Shown piece after piece: positions 16,135 through 23,038 of a stretch of DNA of 23,038 bases. Origin of the DNA: Clostridia bacterium (lineage in GTDB: Bacteria > Bacillota > Clostridia > TANB77 > RGIG9151); the NCBI GenBank assembly GCA_016287855.1, contig JAEEXS010000015.1, forward strand, positions 1-23,038, given 5' to 3'. The position numbers were made by a program, and so were the translations under genes. Below the pieces are notes generated by a model. The model saw only the letters and a list, made by a program, of their open reading frames with translations. It ran no database searches and was not told the DNA's origin. Position 1 is the first letter of the stretch. Each line of letters starts with the position of its first letter.

Positions 16135-16269
16135 ATGAAAAGGACATTTCAACCTAATAACAGAAAAATGAAAAAAGTTCATGGTTTTAGAACAAGAATG
16201 AAAACCGCTGCTGGAAGAAAAGTTCTTAGTGCAAGACGTGCTAAAGGAAGAGAAGTTCTTTGTGTTTAA
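16135..16269 (+). CDS. rpmH: 50S ribosomal protein L34
   Basis: Too short for the ORF track. My translation is [44 protein letters not shown] (44 aa), the canonical L34 sequence, in its usual position before rnpA. Confidence 0.95.
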   Translation: MKRTFQPNNRKMKKVHGFRTRMKTAAGRKVLSARRAKGREVLCV

Positions 16270-16293
16270 TTAGATTAAAAAGGGAAGAATTGT

Positions 16294-16647
16294 ATGATAA
16301 CTATAAAAAAGAACTTTGAATTTAGAAAAGTGTTAAGTAGGGGAAATTTTGTAAATGGTAATAATGTTGCTATTTATTTTTTCCCCAATAAACTTAATAT
16401 AATAAGGTATGGCTTTGCTATTGGGAAAAAGGCTGGAAAAGCCGTTAGTAGAAACCGAATTAAAAGAATTTTACGAGAAATAGCAAGAATTACACCTATT
16501 GAAACTGAAAAGGGAATGGATGTAGTTTTTGTATGGAAAAATAGAATTTCTGCCAAAGAGGTAGATTTTTTTGAAATAAAAAAAGAAATAGAAAATTTAT
16601 TGAAAAAGGGAAAAAACAGTGAAGAAACTAGTGTTAAAGGCAATTAG
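16294..16647 (+). CDS. rnpA: ribonuclease P protein component
   Basis: 117 aa, basic, with the RNR motif region GKAVSRNRIKRILRE. It lies immediately downstream of rpmH. Confidence 0.9.
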   Translation: MITIKKNFEFRKVLSRGNFVNGNNVAIYFFPNKLNIIRYGFAIGKKAGKAVSRNRIKRILREIARITPIETEKGMDVVFVWKNRISAKEVDFFEIKKEIENLLKKGKNSEETSVKGN

Positions 16648-16831
16648 GTTTTATCAAAAACATATTTCACCTTTAAAAGGGTTTAGTTGTTGCATATATA
16701 CTCCTTCTTGCTCTGAATATACAAGGCAAGCAGTTGAAAAATATGGAGTAATAAGAGGCTTAGCTAAAGGTTTTTGGAGAATTTTAAGATGCAATCCCTT
16801 TGCAAAAGGTGGAGAAGATCCACTTAAATAA
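16619..16831 (+). CDS. yidD: membrane protein insertion efficiency factor YidD
   Basis: 70 aa with YQKHISPLKG..C.YTPSCSEYTRQAVEKYG...G...RILRCNPF..GG.DP. The GTG start overlaps the rnpA 3' end. Confidence 0.85.
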   Translation: MKKLVLKAIRFYQKHISPLKGFSCCIYTPSCSEYTRQAVEKYGVIRGLAKGFWRILRCNPFAKGGEDPLK

Positions 16832-16848
16832 CTTGTGTGGAGGTAAAA

Positions 16849-17685
16849 ATGGTAGCAATTATGGATGCCATAGCTCGGGCTATGGGTTGGATATTAAGAT
16901 CTTTATATGAAGCAACAGCCAATTATGGATTAGCTATAATACTTTTCACAATTTTTATAAAACTTATAACGATACCATTATCACTAAAACAACAGCGCTC
17001 AATGAAGGAAACTCAAGAAATACAGCCTATTTTAGAAAAATTGCAAGAAAAATATAAAAATAATCAAGAAAAATTGGCTCAAGAAATGCAAAAACTTTAT
17101 CAAGAAAGAAAAGTAAATCCATTTGGAGGGTGCTTATTATTACTCATCCAAATCCCTATAATTTATTCTATGTTTTTTGCAATAGCACAGCCTGTAAAGT
17201 TTATGTATCCTGAGTTAAAGGATGTTCCAGGTGTTGTTGAATCAATAGAAAAATATGCAGATAAAGGTACGTATAAAGAGTTATATTATATAGTAAATGA
17301 AAGAAAAGATATTATTGATACTAATTTCTTAGGCCTAGATTTAGGGAAGGTTCCTAATATGGCTGAATGGCTAACGTTAATAATTCCAGTATTATCTGGT
17401 ATTGCCACGTTTTTGTCATCATATGTTACTAAAAAGCAAGCTCAAAAAAATGGAACATCAAATGCTCAAACAGAATCTATGCAGAAATCTATGTCTTTTG
17501 TTATGCCACTTATGATTTTTTGGATTTCGCTTAGAGTTCCTCTTGGAATGGGATTATACTGGTTTGTAAATACTTCAGTCACAATATTATTACAAGTGTG
17601 GATGAATTATAAGATTTATGGACCTCATAATAAAGAAAGGAAATTATTAAAAGAGGGAGGAATCACTGATGGAGAAAATGCTTGA
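16849..17685 (+). CDS. yidC: membrane protein insertase YidC/SpoIIIJ family
   Basis: I trimmed the track ORF (GTG 16837) to the ATG at 16849, 5 nt after the SD GGAGG (16839-16843). It carries GLAIILFTIFIKLITIPL, QEKLAQEMQKLYQERKVNPFGGCLLLLIQIPI and GMGLYWFV, which are typical YidC core motifs. Confidence 0.85.
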   Translation: MVAIMDAIARAMGWILRSLYEATANYGLAIILFTIFIKLITIPLSLKQQRSMKETQEIQPILEKLQEKYKNNQEKLAQEMQKLYQERKVNPFGGCLLLLIQIPIIYSMFFAIAQPVKFMYPELKDVPGVVESIEKYADKGTYKELYYIVNERKDIIDTNFLGLDLGKVPNMAEWLTLIIPVLSGIATFLSSYVTKKQAQKNGTSNAQTESMQKSMSFVMPLMIFWISLRVPLGMGLYWFVNTSVTILLQVWMNYKIYGPHNKERKLLKEGGITDGENA

Positions 17686-18337
17686 GAAAAGTGCTAAAAC
17701 CGTTGATGAAGCCGTAGATGAGGCATTAAAAGAGTTAAACGTTTCAAAAGAAGAAGTTGATATTGAAGTTTTAGAAGAACCTACTAAAGGATTGCTTGGA
17801 ATTGGGGCAAAACCAGCATTAGTCAGAGTTAAAATTAAAGAGAGTTTGGTTAAAAATGAGAATAACAATGTTGAGATGAATTTTGTTAGTGATGAAGAAA
17901 AGAAAGAAAAAGTAACAGAAGTCTTAAACAATATTGTAAATAGTATGGGATTAAATATAAAAACAGAAATAAAAGAAGACCCAGAAGCAATAAAAGTAAA
18001 TATTGATGGTGAGAATTTAGGTTTAATAATAGGCCATAAAGGTGAAAATTTAGACGCATTACAGTTACTTACGAGTGTTATAGTAAACAAAGAAGGCGAC
18101 TATAAGAGGATTGAATTAGATGTTCAAAACTATAGAGAAAAGAGAAGGGAGACCTTAATTCATTTAGCTCAAAGAAAAGCAAAAGATGTTATAAGATATG
18201 GCAAAAATGTTACTTTAGAGCCGATGACTCCTTATGAAAGAAGGATAATCCATACAGCTTTGCAAGAAGATGCAAAAGTTACAACAGTAAGTGTTGGAAC
18301 AGAGCCTTTTAGAAAAGTTGTAATTAAAAAAAGGTAA
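17669..18337 (+). CDS. jag: Jag/KhpB RNA-binding protein (Jag_N, KH, R3H)
   Basis: 222 aa with an N-terminal SAKTVDEAVDEALKELNVSKEEVDIEVLEEP..G, a KH-like LIIGHKGENLDALQ and an R3H-like EPMTPYERRIIHTAL. It overlaps the yidC end by 17 nt, and an SD GGAGG lies upstream. Confidence 0.85.
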   Translation: MEKMLEKSAKTVDEAVDEALKELNVSKEEVDIEVLEEPTKGLLGIGAKPALVRVKIKESLVKNENNNVEMNFVSDEEKKEKVTEVLNNIVNSMGLNIKTEIKEDPEAIKVNIDGENLGLIIGHKGENLDALQLLTSVIVNKEGDYKRIELDVQNYREKRRETLIHLAQRKAKDVIRYGKNVTLEPMTPYERRIIHTALQEDAKVTTVSVGTEPFRKVVIKKR

Positions 18338-18368
18338 TTAAAGACACGAAACATAGATGTATCAAGGG

Positions 18369-18408
18369 CTTCGGCTAAATGAAATTTTAGCCGAAGTTGA
18401 AGTTTTTT
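18369..18408 (+). terminator. candidate terminator or attenuating hairpin after jag
   Basis: An 11-bp stem, CTTCGGCTAAA (18369-18379) with TTTAGCCGAAG (18386-18396). The T-run TTTTTT (18403-18408) is offset by 6 nt. Confidence 0.45.
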
Positions 18409-18450
18409 AGAGAATTTTAGAGAATAAAGATAGAAAAAAGGGAGAATACA

Positions 18451-19821
18451 ATGGAAAAAAACACAATCGCAGCTATTGCCACTTCGCCGGGTATTGGTGG
18501 AATAGGAATAATAAGGATTAGTGGAGAAGAAGCATTTTTAGTGGCGTCAAAGATTTTTTGCCCAAAAGATGCTTTTTTTAATGTTTTAGAACCTATTCCA
18601 AATGTAATTAAATATGGGTATATTTTCGATGGAAAAGAGAAGATAGATGAAGTTTTAGTATCGTTTTTTAAAGCGCCTCATAGTTATACTACAGAAAATG
18701 TTGTAGAAATAAACTGTCATGGCGGAATGCTTGTTATGAGAAGAATTTTAGAAATAGCAATAAAAAATGGTGCAAGAATTGCTGAACCAGGAGAGTTTAC
18801 AAAAAGAGCTTTCTTAAATGGAAGAATAGATTTGGCTCAAGCAGAAGCAATAATAGATATAATAACTTCAAAAACAGATAAAGAAAGAAATGTATCTTTA
18901 GTACAGTTAGAGGGATTTTTATCTGAAAAAATAAACAAAATTCAATCTAAAATATATGATGTTTTAATACAAATAGAAGCTGGAATTGACTATCCAGAGC
19001 ATGAAATAGAGGATGTTACTAGGGAAAATATATTTTCTGTATTAATGGAATCTAAAGAAAGCTTAAAAAAACTGTGCGATTCTTTTGAAGAAGGAAAAGT
19101 GCTAAAAGATGGCGTAAAAACAGTTATACTCGGAAAACCAAACGTAGGAAAATCATCTTTAATGAATACTTTATTAAGAGAAGATAGAGCGATAGTTACT
19201 GATATACCAGGAACTACAAGGGATACGATTGAGGAATATGTTAATATTAAAGGAATACCACTTAGAATAATAGATACAGCTGGAATAAGAAACACTGAAG
19301 ATAAAATTGAAGAAATTGGCGTAGAAAAGGCGAAAAGCGAAATAGAGAATGCAGATATGATAATAGCCGTTTTTGATATTTCAAGAGAGCTTACAGATGA
19401 AGATTACGAAATAATAGAGCTTATAAAGAATAAAAAATCAATCATTATCATAAATAAAGTTGATTTAGAAGAAAAATGGAGTGAAAAAGAAATCTTCGAA
19501 GGGAAAAAAGTAATAAATATTTCTGCAAAAGAAAAATTTGGAATAGAAGAATTAGAAAATGAAATTGAAGAATTATGGAAAATAAATAATATGAGTACAA
19601 ATGAAGATATTATAATTTCAAACATAAGGCATAAAGAGTTGATCCTAAATGCGCTTGAAGAAATAGATGCGGCAATCGACGCTCTAAAATCCGATTTGCC
19701 GGTCGATATGGTATCAATTAATATAAAGAGTATACTTAACCACTTAGGAACGATTGTAGGGCAAAATGTGGACGAACAAACTATAAATGGTATATTCTCA
19801 AGGTTTTGTTTAGGAAAGTAA
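18451..19821 (+). CDS. mnmE: tRNA modification GTPase MnmE (TrmE/ThdF)
   Basis: 456 aa with [18 protein letters not shown], the G-domain [12 protein letters not shown] / DTAGIR / NKVD, and the C-terminal FCLGK tetrapeptide. Confidence 0.95.
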   Translation: MEKNTIAAIATSPGIGGIGIIRISGEEAFLVASKIFCPKDAFFNVLEPIPNVIKYGYIFDGKEKIDEVLVSFFKAPHSYTTENVVEINCHGGMLVMRRILEIAIKNGARIAEPGEFTKRAFLNGRIDLAQAEAIIDIITSKTDKERNVSLVQLEGFLSEKINKIQSKIYDVLIQIEAGIDYPEHEIEDVTRENIFSVLMESKESLKKLCDSFEEGKVLKDGVKTVILGKPNVGKSSLMNTLLREDRAIVTDIPGTTRDTIEEYVNIKGIPLRIIDTAGIRNTEDKIEEIGVEKAKSEIENADMIIAVFDISRELTDEDYEIIELIKNKKSIIIINKVDLEEKWSEKEIFEGKKVINISAKEKFGIEELENEIEELWKINNMSTNEDIIISNIRHKELILNALEEIDAAIDALKSDLPVDMVSINIKSILNHLGTIVGQNVDEQTINGIFSRFCLGK

Positions 19822-19835
19822 GAGGTGCACAAAAA

Positions 19836-21704
19836 ATGAGTTTTTTTATAGATGATTATGATGTAGCTGTAATTGGGGCAGGACATGCTGGTTGTGAAGC
19901 AGCTTTAGCTAGTGCGAGATTAGGGGCAAAAACTATAATTTTTGCAATTAATTTAGATAGCATTGCAAATATGCCATGTAATCCGAGCATAGGAGGTACA
20001 TCTAAAGGCCATTTAGTGCGTGAAATAGATGCATTAGGTGGAGAAATGGGCAAAAATACAGATAAAACATTTATCCAATCAAGAATGTTAAATAAATCAA
20101 AAGGCCCAGCAGTATTTTCTTTGAGAGCGCAAGCAGATAGAAGAAGATATCAGATGGAAATGAAACATACTTTGGAAATGCAAAAAAATCTAGATATAAA
20201 TCAAGCAGAAATAGCTGAAATAAAAGTAGAAGATGATAAAGTGGTTTCAATAAAAACATCTAGAGGCGGAGAATATCATGTAAAAGCGGTAGTTCTTGCA
20301 ACAGGTACTTACCTAAAAGGAAAAATATTTTTAGGAGAAGTAAGCTATGAAGGTGGACCAGATGGTCTATTTCCTGCTAATTTTTTGTCAAAGTCGTTAT
20401 TAGATAATGGAGTAGAGTTACTTAGATTTAAAACTGGAACACCAGCTAGAATTAATAGAAAAAGCATTGATTTTTCAAAGATGGAAGTACAAAAAGGAGA
20501 CGAAAATATTGTACCTTTTTCTTTAGATGATGAAGTTAAAGAATTTCAGCAACAAGATTGTTATTTAACATATACAAACGAAGAAACACACAAAATAATT
20601 AGAGAAAATTTACATCGTTCGCCTTTATATGCTGGAATGATAGAGGGAACAGGACCTAGATATTGCCCATCTATTGAAGATAAGGTTGTAAGATTTGCAG
20701 ATAAAAAAAGGCATCAAATATTTATTGAGCCAATTGGATTAGATACAGATGAAATGTACGCACAAGGAATGAGTTCATCACTCCCAGAAGATGTTCAAAT
20801 AGCAATGTACAGAACAATTCCAGGACTTGAACATGCTGAATTTACAAGACCTGCATATGCTATTGAATATGATTGTATAGATCCATCAGAATTAAAATTG
20901 TCATTAGAATATAAAAAGATATCAGGGTTATTTTTTGCAGGGCAAACAAATGGAAGTTCAGGATATGAAGAAGCTGCATGCCAAGGTTTAATCGCAGGAA
21001 TTAATTGTGCTCAAAAAATAAAAGGAAAAGAACCTGTTATTTTAGATAGAACACAAGGCTATATTGGTGTATTAATAGATGATTTAGTTACAAAAGGAAC
21101 AAATGAGCCATATAGAATGATGACTTCAAGGGCTGAATATAGGCTACTTTTAAGGCAAGATAATGCAGATTTAAGACTTACAGAAATAGGTCATGATGTT
21201 GGATTAATTTCAGAAGAAAGATATCAAAGATTTTTAAATAAAAAAGCTAATATAGAAAAAGAGATAAATAGATTAAAAAATAAGGTTGTAAAACCTACAA
21301 AAGAAGTTAATCAAATACTTGAAAAGTATGGAACAACACCACTTTCAACAGGTTCAAAAATGGCAGAATTAATAAAAAGAACAGAACTTAGTTATGAAGT
21401 ATTAAAAGAAATTGATGATGATAGACCATTTCTTGCACCGGCAGAAAAAGAAGAAGTAGAAATACAGATAAAATATGAAGGATATATAAAAATGGAAGAA
21501 GAACAAGTAAAAAAATTTAAAAAACTCGAAAATAAAAAGCTTTCAGAAGACATCGAATATTCTTCAATAAATGGTTTAAGTCTAGAAGCAAGACAAAAAC
21601 TAGATAAAATTAAACCAACTTCAATCGGTCAAGCTTCAAGAATATCAGGGGTTTCACCAGCTGATATAAATGTACTATTAATATATCTACAAATAAAGAA
21701 ATAA
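19836..21704 (+). CDS. mnmG: tRNA uridine 5-carboxymethylaminomethyl modification enzyme MnmG (GidA)
   Basis: I trimmed the track ORF to the ATG at 19836 after the SD AGAGGTG. The N-terminus is [23 protein letters not shown] (FAD fold). [29 protein letters not shown] and a GidA C-terminal domain follow. Confidence 0.95.
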   Translation: MSFFIDDYDVAVIGAGHAGCEAALASARLGAKTIIFAINLDSIANMPCNPSIGGTSKGHLVREIDALGGEMGKNTDKTFIQSRMLNKSKGPAVFSLRAQADRRRYQMEMKHTLEMQKNLDINQAEIAEIKVEDDKVVSIKTSRGGEYHVKAVVLATGTYLKGKIFLGEVSYEGGPDGLFPANFLSKSLLDNGVELLRFKTGTPARINRKSIDFSKMEVQKGDENIVPFSLDDEVKEFQQQDCYLTYTNEETHKIIRENLHRSPLYAGMIEGTGPRYCPSIEDKVVRFADKKRHQIFIEPIGLDTDEMYAQGMSSSLPEDVQIAMYRTIPGLEHAEFTRPAYAIEYDCIDPSELKLSLEYKKISGLFFAGQTNGSSGYEEAACQGLIAGINCAQKIKGKEPVILDRTQGYIGVLIDDLVTKGTNEPYRMMTSRAEYRLLLRQDNADLRLTEIGHDVGLISEERYQRFLNKKANIEKEINRLKNKVVKPTKEVNQILEKYGTTPLSTGSKMAELIKRTELSYEVLKEIDDDRPFLAPAEKEEVEIQIKYEGYIKMEEEQVKKFKKLENKKLSEDIEYSSINGLSLEARQKLDKIKPTSIGQASRISGVSPADINVLLIYLQIKK

Positions 21705-21717
21705 GGAGATATTATTT

Positions 21718-22440
21718 ATGAATAGTGAATTTAAAAATAAAATAACAGATTTAAGCAAAAAAATAAACATAGATTTAACAGAAAAACAAATACAAGATTT
21801 TTATAATTACATGAATTTATTATTAGAATGGAATGAAAAAGTTAATTTAACAGCTATTACAGAAATGGATGATGTAATTTTAAAACATTTTATAGACTCT
21901 ATAACAATATTAAAATATTTAAAAGAAAATGAAAGTATTATAGATGTTGGAACAGGAGCAGGATTTCCAGGAATACCAGTTGCAATAATGAATTTAAGAT
22001 TTAACATTACATTATTAGATTCTTTAAATAAGAGAATAACATTTTTAGATGAGGTTTGCAAAAAGTTAGAATTAAATAATATAAAAACAATTCATGGTAG
22101 AGCAGAAGATTTTGGACAAGATAGCAAAACAAGAGAAAAATATGATATATCAGTATCAAGAGCAGTAGCTAATTTGGCAACACTTTCTGAATATCTACTT
22201 CCATTTGTAAAGGTTGGTGGAATGTGTATTTGTATGAAAGGACCAGATGCAGAAAAGGAAATAGAAGATGCAAAATTTGCTATAAAAGAATTAGGTGGAG
22301 AAATTGAAAAAGTTGAAAAGTTTGTGTTACCTGACACAGATATGGAAAGAAATATTATATTAATAAAGAAGATAAAAGAAACACCAAAAAAGTATCCACG
22401 TAAAGCTGGAACACCTTCTAAACAACCACTAAAAAAATAA
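21718..22440 (+). CDS. rsmG: 16S rRNA (guanine527-N7)-methyltransferase RsmG (GidB)
   Basis: 240 aa with WNEKVNLTAIT and the SAM motif DVGTGAGFPGIP. It is in the canonical position after mnmG. Confidence 0.9.
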   Translation: MNSEFKNKITDLSKKINIDLTEKQIQDFYNYMNLLLEWNEKVNLTAITEMDDVILKHFIDSITILKYLKENESIIDVGTGAGFPGIPVAIMNLRFNITLLDSLNKRITFLDEVCKKLELNNIKTIHGRAEDFGQDSKTREKYDISVSRAVANLATLSEYLLPFVKVGGMCICMKGPDAEKEIEDAKFAIKELGGEIEKVEKFVLPDTDMERNIILIKKIKETPKKYPRKAGTPSKQPLKK

Positions 22441-22447
22441 AAAATTT

Positions 22448-22546
22448 AGGTTATCCTTATACTAATGTTTGATTTGGTAATGTTTTACACAGGTTGAGTG
22501 TGAAACAAAACTTAAAACATTTGATGTAATTAGGATAACTTTTTTG
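22448..22546 (+). terminator. long compound hairpin followed by a T-run; candidate rsmG operon terminator or small structured RNA
   Basis: There are three co-linear nested helices: GTTATCCT 22450-22457 with AGGATAAC 22532-22539; AATGTTT 22464-22470 with AAACATT 22515-22521; and TGTTTTACAC 22481-22490 with GTGTGAAACA 22498-22507. TTTTTT follows at 22541-22546. Confidence 0.4.
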
Positions 22547-22560
22547 TTATCAAATGAATT

Positions 22561-22580
22561 TTCGACAAAATTCGACAAAA
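22561..22580 (-). promoter_or_regulatory. two perfect tandem Spo0A-box (0A box, TGTCGAA) sequences with 10-bp phasing
   Basis: The plus strand reads TTCGACAAAATTCGACAAAA. The reverse complement gives TGTCGAA at 22567-22561 and 22577-22571. It is an exact 10-bp tandem duplication about 100 bp upstream of the soj -35 box. Confidence 0.5.
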
Positions 22581-22676
22581 AAATTATCTAATTAGTATAC
22601 TTAAAGTGGGAGTAAGAAATACTGATATTTTCCAAGGAAATATAAACTACTTTCTTAATGAATTGTAAAAAAATTA

Positions 22677-22705
22677 TTGACAGATTTAGAATATTTGTAT
22701 ATTAT
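22677..22705 (+). promoter_or_regulatory. candidate sigma-A promoter of soj
   Basis: TTGACA (22677-22682), a 17-nt spacer, then TATTAT (22700-22705). Confidence 0.4.
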
Positions 22706-22756
22706 TATATATATTAAAATAAATGAACTAAAGCATATAGAAATGGAGGAACAAAA

Positions 22757-23038
22757 TTGGGAAAAATAATATCTATAGCAAACCAAAAAGGTGGTGTAGG
22801 AAAGACTACAACTACAGTTAACTTAAGTGCTATATTGGCAAAAAAAGGAAAAAGAGTTTTATTAATTGATGCTGATCCACAAGGAAATGCAACAAGTGGA
22901 ATAGGAATGGATAAAGATATAGAATTATCAACTTATGATTTATTGGTTTCTGACCAACCTGCTGTTGACATAATTAGAAAAACAGAAATAAAAAATCTAT
23001 ATATATGTCCGTCAAATTTAAATTTAGCAGGAGCTGAG
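22757..23038 (+). CDS. soj: ParA-family chromosome partitioning ATPase Soj; partial, continues past the right window edge
   Basis: A TTG start at 22757 follows the SD GGAGGA. My translation is [48 protein letters not shown], containing the deviant Walker A KGGVGKT. The frame is open to the window end. Confidence 0.9.
   Translation, partial: MGKIISIANQKGGVGKTTTTVNLSAILAKKGKRVLLIDADPQGNATSGIGMDKDIELSTYDLLVSDQPAVDIIRKTEIKNLYICPSNLNLAGAE

Noticed and set aside
4318-18361. Apparent enrichment of the 8-mer AGATGTAT/ATACATCT, with 7 copies at 4318, 4859, 5965, 10409, 11808, 15198 and 18356.
   Set aside because: About 2 copies are expected by composition. Three of the seven (4318, 10409 and 15198) are simply the in-frame codon pair GAT-GTA (Asp-Val), two of them within an ADVS peptide context. 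This is insufficient evidence for a dispersed element beyond the recF-flanking copies reported separately.
73-22337. Many track ORFs lie antisense to, or overlap, strong genes: 73..351, 2108..2572, 3113..3382, 4774..4956, 5497..5856, 7667..7888, 11618..11812, 13120..13329, 13324..13512, 14856..15230, 15344..15583, 16374..16643, 17647..18090, 18990..19295, 19404..19886, 19856..20053, 20071..20259, 21807..22061 and 22092..22337.
   Set aside because: Each lies entirely within, or mostly opposite, a gene with clear family motifs. Their products are low-complexity Ser/Phe/Ile/Leu-rich shadow translations of AT-rich coding DNA, and none has a convincing SD. They are typical shadow ORFs.
22481-22507. 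A possible functional parS site upstream of soj.
   Set aside because: Canonical parS is a contiguous 16-bp palindrome. Here the half-sites are 11 nt apart and one has a mismatch, so I report it only as a structural curiosity and do not call it parS.
1-23038. I scanned for rRNA, tRNA, CRISPR arrays, riboswitches, T-boxes, toxin-antitoxin pairs and recognisable defence genes.
   Set aside because: I found no cloverleaf-like or repeat-spacer structure and no long conserved leader. All intergenic regions are 370 nt or shorter and are accounted for by promoters, origin elements or hairpins. This visual scan cannot exclude small ncRNAs.

Overview
This window is the chromosomal replication-origin region of a low-GC (about 27-30% by eye), Clostridia-type Firmicute. 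On the minus strand, left to right, lie a trimeric HydABC-type [FeFe]-hydrogenase operon (hydA is cut by the window edge), then recF, dnaN and dnaA. DnaA-box clusters sit on both sides of dnaA, giving a bipartite oriC. On the plus strand at the right is the classical rpmH-rnpA-yidD-yidC-jag-mnmE-mnmG-rsmG-soj block. The usual tight dnaA/rpmH linkage is broken by about 7.4 kb. That block carries a pcrA helicase with an in-frame TAA, a yigZ/IMPACT gene, spo0A, an orphan Cys/Tyr-rich gene coupled to a D-Ala-D-Ala carboxypeptidase, comEA, and a sharply GC-rich (about 47%) single-gene cassette. No rRNA, tRNA, CRISPR array, IS element or integrase was seen. Five items most deserve follow-up. (1) Spo0A has Glu instead of the phospho-acceptor Asp and a broken acidic pocket. 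(2) The foreign-composition 163-aa gene cassette has its own promoter and terminator. (3) Two perfect tandem 0A boxes lie upstream of soj. (4) The normally essential pcrA carries a nonsense codon. (5) A three-gene operon of small proteins converges on recF. All functional calls rest on motif recognition by eye, and no database search was possible.
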